DNA of 64,000 nt from Guillardia theta CCMP2712. Taxonomy: Eukaryota > Protista > Cryptophyta. Under the pieces are notes generated by a model, which was not told the origin of the DNA, ran no database searches, and saw only the letters and a list, made by a program, of their open reading frames with translations. How positions within the stretch are numbered: position 1 is the first letter of the stretch; every line of letters starts with the position of its first letter. The stretch spans positions 846,130 to 910,129 of the forward strand of contig NW_005434657.1 of assembly GCF_000315625.1 (NCBI RefSeq), in the 5' to 3' direction. Position numbers and translations under genes: made by a program. Shown here in pieces: positions 37,651 through 49,300 of the stretch.

Positions 37651-39464
37651 TTATGTCTTCCTCGCAAAGCATGCCACAAAGAATCCGTGCATGAGGTCCT
37701 GTCAGGACGTTGAGCACGACAGAGCAGAGACGAGTCCGTTCTCACCTTGTCCGGGTCTGCTCGAATGCAACACTCTGACAAAGCAGACGGAAAGGAAGCT
37801 GACGGAATTCCTCGTCGCTTCCATTGGGGCAATACATGTTCGAGGTGAAAGCGATCCCCTACCGCCTGCGCATTGTGAGACGCGGACAACAAGATTATGA
37901 GAGAGTATTACGTTCAAGGCCGACTCAACAACTTCCTCGTCCTCCTCCCTACTCTCATGATCACCAGCATGCAAGTTTTCAACGCAATAGCACACCTGTG
38001 GACGGAGCATGTACTGTAAACCACGAACTTGACACTGGGAAACGAGAGCGCGTGGATCAACGCCTTCCTCTGAAAGTCAGAAAGTCCCCGCAAGCGACTG
38101 GGAGAGGCGTCCATCGCATCTCTGAGGACTCCTGAGTTAGAGCAGGAGGGGTCGACAACGATCGCGTCCGCTTGCGATAAGAGCTCGTCGTCGTGCGAGA
38201 CTTGCAACCAGTCTCTCCGATAGACGCGGACTGACGTACAGCCCATTCTCCGCAGCGTCTCCCGAAGCAACTTCTCCCTCTCAGGGGACTTCTCGATGGC
38301 AACAAGAACCCCTTTGTCGGGTTGTAGAGCTACTGCCGCGAGGTGCGAAGCCTGGCTCGACCTGTTTCAGAGGTGCGCACAAGATTCATTTAAGAGTCAA
38401 ACCTTGTTACCAGGAGCAGCGCATGCATCGATCACGAAATTGAACTTTCTTTCAGAATGTAAAGTCCCGGTGCCAATCAGTGCATGAACAGGAAAGGTAC
38501 TTGCTTTGTCCTGCTGGAGAACAAGCCCACTGGTAACGAGGTGATGATTGTGCAGATCAACTTTGTTCCATATCGTCAGAATGTCTGGAATGATTTCATC
38601 TTCCGAGAAGCATCTCTTCTTGTCCTGCATTCCCAGTGGACCCACAGAGACATGATTAACCCTCGTGAAGCCTTCGTCTTCAAGAGATCGGGCCACGGAT
38701 TCTCTTGTAGCTTTGAGCAAGTTAATCCTCAAAAACCTGCCAGGTTTGGATTCAGCCTCTATTACCTTGTGACAAAGGTCAAAACCTCGGATGATTTCGT
38801 ACCGCAGAAGAGTTTTGACTTTTCGAAGACACAAATTCAGCGACCGATTTGTGCCCTAATAACGTTATCAGACCGATATTTCACAAATCAAACCTGGTCG
38901 TACCACTCAGCTGAAGGTACTCTTGAAACTTTTGATGGATCTGAGATTGGTTTCTTCGCAATGACCGCATGACCTCGTGCAAGACGGGATCATGGCCTGA
39001 CTTTGATAACTTTCCACTCCCAAATAGCAAATCAGTAGTGACTATTCTCCGATACAAGGAATCATCCGATGGCAAAGAGTTTCTGATTGTAGGATCTTTG
39101 AATCCATTGTCTTGTACAGGGCTAGCAAGATTCAAAGAATTCAATAATCCGTCGATCACTGACTCTCCATATAACAAAGTTTTTGACGAAAGCGAAAGCG
39201 TTGCTGCTTTTCTTCGAATGTCAGGTTTCAACGAAAGAGATTTCAAACTTCCTCGCTTTCCATGATACCCGTTCAAGACTTTCTTCACATCCTCGTACAG
39301 ATAGGATTGCCTCACTTTATTTTCATCTTGAGATGAAAGTTTGTACACTGCTCTGGAATTTATCCGATCAGTTCTAGGCAGTACATTGCTCTCCCTCCTA
39401 TTTGCAACATAGCAGCTTGAAAGGTACAGTAAAGACTTTGAAAGAGGAACTTTTGAGCAGAGCC
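37651..39464 (-). CDS. NSUN5: NSUN5/Rcm1-type LSU rRNA m5C methyltransferase (apparently the C-terminal part of a fusion with the upstream DUF296 domain)
   Basis: Motifs: LYEDVKKVL…GSLKSL, PGRFLRINLLK, LVLQQDKAS, VIDACAAPGNK|ASHLAA, VDPSCSNSG, LSDFQRKALIHALSFPSV..VVYSTCSVH, LPQWKRRG, HGFFVACF. Stop at 37651. Confidence 0.9.
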
Positions 39465-39511
39465 CTTTGCCTCTGATCAGAGAAATGTTAAAAAACATGC
39501 TTGATTCAGAC

Positions 39512-40331
39512 TTTGGTATCCTTGCCTCGCATCCCCGTCTCCTCCTTTCAAACGGAGCAACCCTCCATGCAGGTATTTGAACAGACGTTCGAGGGCTGTC
39601 CCCTCGTTCTCAGCCGATTCCTGAGGCGAACAGCAGATGGTCAGAATGCACTTGTGAAATTTCAAGTATCACCTGATCCTTTGGCACAACCAACTCTGGA
39701 TAGCCCGTTCGCTGATCGTGAATTCTTGACAGTTTGGTACTTTCAAGCTCTCCCAGCAGGATTTCTGCGGTGGTGAATATGGTAGCATTCATGAGATGGC
39801 CTGATGATTGACTCAGAGAAAAGAAACCTTAGGGCAAGAATGAACAACTTACCTCCAAGCACGTGCCCATCTTTGTCTGCTAATGAAATATGCAGATGCA
39901 TCCCATCATCTTTAGATCACGATTAGCCTTGTGGAAGAAACAAACATAACTTTACCGCAAATTGAGCCAACCAGGCTCACAATTTCGAACTTTTGCTTCA
40001 GAACCTTGATATCATTGGTTGTGCTTGAGCCCGACTTCAAGTAGTTTGCACAGCGAATCGTTGCGCATGAGACTGATCCGACACAAGATAGCACGAACAT
40101 GCTTCTGCCCGAGCATAGCTCCCCCAAGCAGCTTTTCAATTCGTCACCAGGGTGAAGCCTTGTGGCTATGTACTTGAGGTTGCCTCTACTGTACATTTTC
40201 TGCGGGTGGTTGTCTGAGCCCTCGAACGCTGCCACCATTGAGCTCTCTGAGCCTCGGACGAAGACACAAAAGCATACGGCGAGCAAGCAGATATTGCCGG
40301 GTTTCATGGATGCCCTTGTATGCCCCACCAT
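39512..40331 (-). CDS. Signal peptide + PPC/DUF296 domain + LRLKGG linker
   Basis: MKPGNICLLAVCFCVFVRGSES; RLHPGDELKSCL; VLSCVGSV; FEIVSLVGSI; HLHISLADKDGHVLGGHL; TTAEILLGEL; DQRTGYPELVV. Confidence 0.85.
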
Positions 40332-40664
40332 TCTTGCGCTTCCTGTATCCTTCCTCTCCCACCGTCACTTGTTTCCACTTGCTGCTGCTCTTCCTTCTCG
40401 GCTCCTCGTCTGCCCGCGACCTTCTCGTCTTCTCCTCTCACTCTAGTTCCTTCACCTTTGCCCTGATCTGCATTGCGCCCCACCCAAAAAAGAATAACTG
40501 TAAAAGTTTAAAAAAACCTGATAAACAAAAAGAAACAAAAAAAAAGAATCTTGAGAACCCCCCGAGAACATTCGGGTCATGACGATGGTGGGGAGCGATG
40601 CGACGGGCTTGTGAGATGGACATGCTGAAGAATTGACGCTGAAGAGAGGAGCAAGACGTAGACA

Positions 40665-42140
40665 ATGACCTCTTTGAGATGCAGCTTGTGCCATGCTCAG
40701 ATAGAAGGATCATACTTGAAGAAAGATGGCAAGGCATACTGTTCCAAGCACAAAGACCAACTGCTGGAAAAGTGTACGAAGTGCTTAAAACCAATCAAGG
40801 ACAGATACCTCAAGGTGGGCAACGGCGAGATGTATCATCCGGATTGTTTATGCTGCGAAGTCTGCGGAAAGGCGTTCCAAGATTCCAAGTTCACCATCTT
40901 CAACGGAAAGAGGATACACCCCACTTGCTTGCGTTGCTGTGTGCCGGGCTGTGAAGCAACCTTAGACATCAATGGGTTCCGACAAGAAGAAGGGAAGCCA
41001 TACTGTCAGAAGCACTATGATGAAAAGTTCACCAAGAAGTGTGAATTCTGCGGCAATTACCTTCGAAAAGAATTTATTCTTGTTGGTGTGGCTGACAAAC
41101 CAGGCTCGAAAACTCAAAAGAAGCGAGCATGCCATGAATGTTTCAAATGTGTTCAGTGTGGAATGTCCCTCGAAAAACAAAAATTCTTTGTACATGAAGG
41201 GGATTTCTTTTGTGAGAAGGATTACCAAACGAAAGTTTCCCCAAAATGCATGGTCTGCAGCAAGTATGTTGAGAGTTTTATTCAGCACGAGAGTGGAGAG
41301 GTTTACTGTGAAAACGATTATCACGCTAACCCAGTGTGCTTTTCATGTGCACGACTGGTGTTTGGTACGCGCAAACACGCGCTGGACTTGCCAGATGGAC
41401 GTGTGATTTGTGAGAGATGTAACCAAGATGCAGTTTGGAAGTCAGAGGATGCTGCTGCTCCTTTCCGCAAGGCGAAACAGTTCCTAGCGGATGTCCTGGG
41501 CATTGCAGATAAGGAGATCGACTCTGTCAGTTTACGTTTTGTGGAACGAAGTGACGTGGCGGCCTTGCGGGGAGAGCATTCGAGGAGCGTTCATGAGACA
41601 CAGGTCACCGACAAGAAGTCCTACACCATGGGAACGACGATCATCGTAGAGGAGACGGAGAACGACGAGATCGTGAGCCGCCAAGTGGAGGGGATCAACC
41701 TCCTCTCGGGGCAGACAGCCATGCAGCTGACGTCTACGCTAGTCCACGAGCTGATGCATGTCTACCTGTTCTCAAGACGGTTCGGCAAGCTTGATCCTCT
41801 GGTGGAGGAGGGCATCTGCGAGCTAGCTGCTTTCCTATGGCTGGACAAGTTCGCCCCTGAAGGTTAAGGGGTTCGCTCGACCTCTCCTCCTGTCTGACTT
41901 GCGATCCTGCAGGTATGGAACGGAGCATGCGGCTGAATCAGAGGCTGTTCAACAGCTCCAAGGTCTACAAGGCCGGTCTCGCTGCCTCGCAGAAGAGGTC
42001 TGTGCATTCATGTGATCGGGGTCGTCCTGAGGAGTTTCGTCCTCCTTCCCAGGTTCAAGGAGCTTAACGGCGACAAGGATGTAAAGGCGGTGTTCCAGAA
42101 GATCCTCAACGAGGTGAAGGAGCTCAGGACGTTCAGGTGA
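40665..42140 (+). CDS. LIM-domain zinc metallopeptidase, DA1/DAR-like
   Basis: Several LIM-type CxxC…HxxC…CxxC…CxxH/D fingers, a DA1 LIM-like CFSC…LPDGRVICERC unit, HELMH (41745-41759) and VEEGICEL. Two short 3' exons end at TGA 42140. Confidence 0.85.
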
Positions 42141-42452
42141 TCCCTTCGAATCTTGTCAGGGACATCGAGCTCGTGTGAGCTGTCTGCTCCTCCTCCTCCT
42201 CCTCCTCCTCCTCCTCCTCCTCCTCCTCCTCCTCCTCCTCCTCCTCCCCTCTTCGTACCTTGCTGGCCGTAGTTTCCTTGTTTTCTCGGGAACGATTGTC
42301 GGGGAGCCCTAACTAGCGTGGGTGGGGTATACAGACAACCCCCTTTGTTTCCTGATTAAAGTACCGGTACTTGAGTAAACAAGAGGGTCCAGTCGTGAAG
42401 GTCTTGTGCGATGGTGCAGGAATTTCCCTGAATGGCGCGATAAGAAGAAACA

Positions 42453-42453
<1 letters not shown>

Positions 42454-42516
<63 letters not shown>

Positions 42517-42568
42517 CGAGGCAGGCAGGCGAGGCGAGGCGAGGCAGGCGAGGCAGGCGAGGCGAGGC
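42454..42568. repeat. (GCAG)n/(GCGAG)n microsatellite bordering a gap
   Basis: Tandem repeat read directly. Confidence 0.95.
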
Positions 42569-42668
42569 NNNNNNNNNNNNNNNNNNNNNNNNNNNNNNNN
42601 NNNNNNNNNNNNNNNNNNNNNNNNNNNNNNNNNNNNNNNNNNNNNNNNNNNNNNNNNNNNNNNNNNNN
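42569..42668. other. Assembly gap
   Basis: Run of N. Confidence 1.
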
Positions 42669-43390
42669 TTTTCCCCTTCTGTTCTTCAATGTCATCCCGG
42701 CATATTTGACATTGTTTGGATTTATAGATGCAGGAGGAGTAGTCGGAGATTGGGTTTCCGGCTCGATAACAGCCTCTGAGAACTCAGGAGTTCTTGTCTA
42801 CCCTGCGGAACATGTAGGCATAGTCATGATATTGCAGCATTGAGTGCAATCCACTTTTAGCCTTCTTCACATAAGCGATGTGAGATCCCTCGCCGGAACT
42901 CACCGCCTTCAATACGTGTCGTCAAGTCGTCCCGTCTAGCCATATGGGACCTAAGCTGGTTTAGAGGAGGTGTCAAGCTTTTGGAATATGGTTTATTCTG
43001 TGGGAGGAAGAGGACACAAGCGCGTTCATAGCCAGGTGCACAGTTATGGCAACTTCTCCCCAGAGCAGCTGTAGGGGGGAGGGGATGGGGTACACATTCC
43101 AATTTACTCATCCCAGGGGATTCAATTCTTGGAGGGAGGAGAAGGGCGGCAGGTCTACATCAGGGGGGAGAGTGAGGGGGCGGATATTCAGGACAACATG
43201 ATTTGGGGCAAGGGTGCGAGTGAATGTTGAGAGCGAGGGTACTTGAGAGGGCAAAGGGGAGGACGCCAAGACGGAAAGGGAGAGTGTTTGGAGGCACAGA
43301 GAGAGGGGCAGGTGATGATGCTGGGCAGGTCGCTGGGGACTATGTGAGCAGCTAGAAATCTTTGAGGGCCCGCGTCCTGGGGGGAACAAC

Positions 43391-46300
43391 ATGGATAGCA
43401 CAAGGAGCTCGCGGCATCGGAGGCATCGGGGCAGAGGAAAGCCGAGGAGAGCCAACGATGATGGTGACGGTGAAGGACCAGAAAACTCTCGCCGTGATGG
43501 GCAGTCCGTGGCTCAGTTTCTCGCAAGAGCGAGGGACTGGCAGAGTATGAGCGAGGAGGAGGCGGTGCCAGCGCTCACGATGGTGGGAGAGACGAAATTT
43601 TCAGAGTTCGATGCGACGGAGGCAAGGGAGGCGAAGGAATGGATTGACAGTGGGATCGAAGAAGTCGTCAAGAACCCTACGAGTGACTTCAGTCAACATT
43701 TCCCAAGACGAAAGCTTTTCTTGATAGCTGTGCAGAACCTGCTGTAAGAATCTGTCTGTCTGCCTGCCTGCCTGCATGTGTAACTTAACGGTGTTTGGTC
43801 TCGTGGCTGAGTGACAGAACTCAGATGTGATTTTTCGGTATTTCAGGTTTCATAAGCGAGATCTAGTCGATAGAGACTGGTACAGGAAGGTAATCTCCGA
43901 TGAAAAATTCTGAGGATGCTTTCTTGAGTTGACCTTTAGGTTCTGCCGCCTCTACTTTCTCTGCTCCGAGAAGTATCGTCTGCGAGTTCTGGTGATATTT
44001 GATGTTCCTGCGAATGACTCTGCAGATAACACGACGTGATAGCAGCAACTAGGATATACCTCATCGAAATCCTCAAGACTTTGGAATCTGTTGTCTACAA
44101 CCAGACTGAGCCGAACAGGTTGAGTTGCATACAGGGGTTCAAGGGTTGCTAAACTAGCTTGCAGCGGCTTCTTCTCTGTCGTCATCAACGATGTTATGCT
44201 GATGTTGGAGAAGATTGCGAGCAAAGTGACAAAATCCGTTCCCCCTTTCCCCTATCTCTTTCCCTTTCCCTTTCCCTTCTCCATCCCCTTCCCTTCCTCT
44301 CCTCTTCCCCATTTCACCCCACCCCCTTCCCCTTCTCGATCTGCTTCCATCTGATCACCAAGGGCAGGAGATAGAGGACTTTCAAGTTCGCAGCGCAGCT
44401 CTAGCCTTGGTTGGAAGGTTTGTTCAATACCCCTCCCTCTCCCTCTTCCGTCTGCTTGATCTGCACTGCTCTCTTTCTCCTCTGCTCACTTCATCCTATT
44501 CCCTGATCCACATGCTCCCTCCCTCCATCCATCCATCCATCCATCCTCCCTCCCTCCCTCCCTCCCTCCCTCCATCGATCCCACACCCCCTCAGTCAGGA
44601 TCTTTCATCCAACACCCTCCTCCTTGACTCATACGTCCCTCCCTGTTGTCTCCTGCCTCACTCTTTCTCCTTGACTTCTTCGCTCAGCGCGGTGATGGGC
44701 CAAGGGAAGCTCCTGGAGGATGTGCCACAGGAGGCAAGCATGACAACAACTCCGAAGAGGAGGGATGTGAAGTCACCCACCCACAGATGTTCATGATGAT
44801 CGCCGTCAACCTTGAGCTTGCCATGAGGGTGCTGGAGAAGGTGGAGGCCTCGAGCTCGGAGGGGCTGTCGGAGGAGGCAGCGCAGCTGGTCGCCAGCTGT
44901 TTGCGGACGTTGCAGATCATGTTGTTGGAGGTGAGGGAGCGAGAGGTGATGACGTCAGCTGAGAGTTGTCAAGGTCACCACGTCGAGCTCCTCCGCCTCC
45001 AAGATCTGCACAAAACTTTCTGCGATGAGCAGGTGGGGAGGGACTATAGGGAAGGAAGAGAAGAGGGTGAGGAGGAGGAGAAGTTGGTGGAGGAGGAGGA
45101 AGAGGAAGTGGAGGGACGGGGAGGAGGAGGAGGAGGAGGAGGACTGATCGATTTGCATCTTCCTCCTCAGCGGGAGATTTCTTCCACAGCTCGCAGAGAT
45201 TCTTGTGAAAATCTTTCTGCGCGAGTCCTCTGCCTACAGAAGCCTGCGGGAGTCGAGCCAAGGGGAGAAGGAAGGGGTGGGGGAGGAAGGATCCGATAGC
45301 GACGCCTCCTATAGGAGCGCGACCAACAGCATGGGAGGCAACACGGATGACTCGACCGCCGACCAACTCGCTCGTCCCATGATAGTCAACGCTTGCAAGA
45401 CGGCAGGGAAAGTGAGATTGTACTCCATCCTGGCCATCCAGGTGATGGTTGAGGAGGACGAAGGGGGGGGCTGGGATGAGAGAAAGAGAGCGAGAAAGAA
45501 GAAGAAGAGGGGGAAAGATGATGACGACAAGAGGCGAGGATCGAACAAGAGGCAGGGGGGAGGAAGGAGGAGCGAGTGCTTGACGGAGGTTTTCAGGGTC
45601 TCGCGAGGATGCAGCCTAAGATTTTTCATCCTCTGTGGCCGATGCTGCTTCCTCGTAAACCCTGCCTCTCCTTTCCCTCCTCCTGACCTCCTCGACAGAC
45701 GCGGGCAGTCGACAGAGCTCGCTCCTCTCTGCCGTAGCGCTCGACCCTTCCCCGAGGACGCGCATGGCTGCAGCTGTGACCATCCATGTAAGGGCGAGAC
45801 AGGAGGAGAGAAGTGGGCAGAGAGGGAGAGCGACGGGGAGTGGGGAAGAGAGACAGAGGGAGAATGAGAGACCCTGAGCATCTTGCAGGCGCTCTTCCAG
45901 CGGTCGAAAGTTTTCATGGCAGCGGCAGAGGAGCACAGGGCGACGAGTTTCACGTCGCTGTCGCAGGTAGAGGAGGGGAGACATGCGAGGAGGAGGAAGT
46001 AAGGGAGACAACAGTCCCTGGCCATGACCATAACGAGCATGCACACGGGCCTCTGCTCTGCCGTGATGAGCGAGACGCATCTCGGAGCTGCGCAGCATGT
46101 GAGGGGAGAGGAGAGGAGGGCGAGAGAGGAGAAGAGGGCAGAGGAGATGGAGGGGGAGGGGGGGGGACAGGAGGGAAGGGGGGAAGGGGAAGGGAGGGGA
46201 GGGGGATGTCGGTGGAAGTTAGGCGANNNNNNNNNNNNNNNNNNNNNNNNNNNNNNNNNNNNNNNNNNNNNNNNNNNNNNNNNNNNNNNNNNNNNNNNNN

Positions 46301-49300
46301 NNNNNNNNNNNNNNNNNNNNNNNNNNNNNNNNNNNNNNNNNNNNNNNNNNNNNNNNNNNNNNNNNNNNNNNNNNNNNNNNNNNNNNNNNNNNNNNNNNNN
46401 NNNNNNNNNNNNNNNNNNNNNNNNNNNNNNNNNNNNNNNNNNNNNNNNNNNNNNNNNNNNNNNNNNNNNNNNNNNNNNNNNNNNNNNNNNNNNNNNNNNN
46501 NNNNNNNNNNNNNNNNNNNNNNNNNNNNNNNNNNNNNNNNNNNNNNNNNNNNNNNNNNNNNNNNNNNNNNNNNNNNNNNNNNNNNNNNNNNNNNNNNNNN
46601 NNNNNNNNNNNNNNNNNNNNNNNNNNNNNNNNNNNNNNNNNNNNNNNNNNNNNNNNNNNNNNNNNNNNNNNNNNNNNNNNNNNNNNNNNNNNNNNNNNNN
46701 NNNNNNNNNNNNNNNNNNNNNNNNNNNNNNNNNNNNNNNNNNNNNNNNNNNNNNNNNNNNNNNNNNNNNNNNNNNNNNNNNNNNNNNNNNNNNNNNNNNN
46801 NNNNNNNNNNNNNNNNNNNNNNNNNNNNNNNNNNNNNNNNNNNNNNNNNNNNNNNNNNNNNNNNNNNNNNNNNNNNNNNNNNNNNNNNNNNNNNNNNNNN
46901 NNNNNNNNNNNNNNNNNNNNNNCCGACACCCAACAAGGTGGCCTCGACCCATGTGTGCATAAACCCGCCACCACAATTTCCCCCCACCACAGGAAACCCT
47001 CCGTGACGGGGAACGGAGGGGAGGGGAGGAAGTGAATTAGCAGCAGATCGTGAAGGCTCTGACTGCCCTGATCACTCACGCGCCCTACAAGCGGCTCAAG
47101 AGGTTGTCGATTTCACAATGATGCGCGGAAATGTTGTTGTCGATTTTTGTGAACAATGGTTGAAGTTACCATGTTCGTTGATGGTATCGTGCTACTGTAT
47201 GTTGTCGATGTTGTGAATTTAATTGTGTTTTTTGATATCATGGCTATGTTTGCGCTTATCATCGTTGATGAGCTATGAGTGTGTCCTAAATGTCTGAACC
47301 ATCTCATTGTGTTCTGCTCCTCACCTTTCACCTGCCCCAGAGGCTATCTCTCCCTCGGGGCTCGTGCGATGCTGTCAGTCTTAAACTGCGAGGTGAGAAA
47401 CAGAAGCAGCTGAAGTGCGTCTGCTGAGACTTTTCCTCTTTCCTCTCTCGTCTTTCTTATCCTCACTTGCTCCTTCCACTCCTTCCTTCTCCCTCCTAAA
47501 TTCTTACTTCCCTCCCTGTCCGAATTCCCTGATTAATATCATCATTACCCTCGTCCTCCTCTTTCTCCTCCTCTTTCACCACCACCACCTCCTCCTCTCC
47601 TCCTCTTTCACCACCACCACCACCTCCTCCTCCTCCTCCTCCTTCTCCTTCTCCTCCTCCTCCTCCTCCTCCTCCTTGTTACTTCCTCCATCCCTCAGGA
47701 CAAGGAGAGACGGCAGGACGTTTCCCTCCGCACTGCCTGCATGAACTGCCTTGCAACCATCTTGGAGAATCAAATCTCAATCTCAGAGCTCAAGGAAAGC
47801 TCGGCCGACTGGGAGAGCCGGTTCCCTCCCTCTTCACCTTATACCATCATTGCCATCACCTCTTACTCCTTCTCTCCCTTGGTCGTCGCTTCCTGCATCG
47901 CGGCCCCTTTGACTTCCCTCGCGTCCTTCCAACTCGCTCATTCACTTTAATCTTCAGAGGGTCCACGTCCAAGATCAAGGAGAGGAGCAGACAGCAGCAG
48001 CAGCAGCAGCAGGCGCAAGGGAGGTCAGACAGCAGCGAGCTGAAGAGAATCATCGACGACCTTGTGGACGTCATCCGCGGGATCACGGTCTCCTCCTCTA
48101 CTTTCTCCCCTCAAATACACCTTGTCTCCTCCTCCTCCTCCTCCTCCTCCTCTTCCCCCTCCTCCTCCCCCTCCCCCTTCCCCCCTCGCCACCACTCCCT
48201 CCCTCCTCCTCCTCCTCGTCGCCTGGTCCATTCTCACCCTCGGGCCCGTAGGGAGACGCCAACCCCGTCAAGATCGAGGCGATCAGAGCGCTGGCGGGAG
48301 TGCTGAGGTGAGGGAGCAGCGAGAGGAGCAGGAGATTGAGGAAGCGACAGGAACGACAACGACATCTTGACGGCGGAGTGGCGGAGACTTGAAGATATCG
48401 TGACCTGCCAACTCGCTGCTGCTCCTCCTCCCATCCGCACACACATCGCCAAGGTGATGCAGACGTAGACAGGAGGAGGAGGAGGAGGAGGAGAAAGGAG
48501 GAAAGGGGAGGAGGAGTAGGAAGGGAGGAGTAGGAAGGAGGATGGAGGGATCTTAAGAGGCAGTGAGGCACCAGGATGGGGTGTAAAATGTGTGTGCTGG
48601 ACCCATTGGTAGAGGGCAGAAAAAGGACGAGGAACAGAAGAACGAGTACGAGCAAGTGTGCAACGAAATGATCATGAGGACGATGATTGTTCTTATGAGA
48701 CACGATAAATTATGGACAATGATGTGATGATATCAACGATGATGATGATGATGATGATGAGAATGAGAATGAGAATGATGATGATGAGACTGATGATGGA
48801 GAATATGATAATATTGATGATAATACGACGACGATGACGATTATGACGACATCATGGTTCCAGCTCGTTGAATTTTTCGTCGGGGCTGGAGAAGATCACG
48901 AGGAGGAGGAGCTGGAGGAGGTGACGACAAAGTCGCATTACAGGCAACGAGCTGATCGAACTTCCTCCAGACTCTGCAGTCTCCTCAGAGTACAAGGAAT
49001 GTGAAATCGAAAGATGATGAGAGAATTGGTTTCATCCTGCGAGATCAACGCTGTTCCTCATGTCACTCGTTGCAGTTGTCAAGTCATTGCCCGACGACAT
49101 CTGGAACAAGGTGAAACTTGCCAAGAGCCTTGCTAGGTGATGAGGAGATCTGTTGGCACTATCAGATAATCGTCGATATTCTGAGCACGATGTTCAAAGA
49201 CACTGTTGCTGCTGTCCGTGCCAGGTAACGAGAGAGTGTGAGCAATCTTTTGATGTAAACCAGTCCAACAGTGCGATGAATGCTGTCGCGTTTCTTCCAG

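Noticed and set aside
4852-42140. A ubiquitin-pathway gene cluster (RING, HECT, DA1-like)
   Set aside because: The genes are 10-20 kb apart with unrelated genes between them, and these families are abundant, so chance is sufficient.
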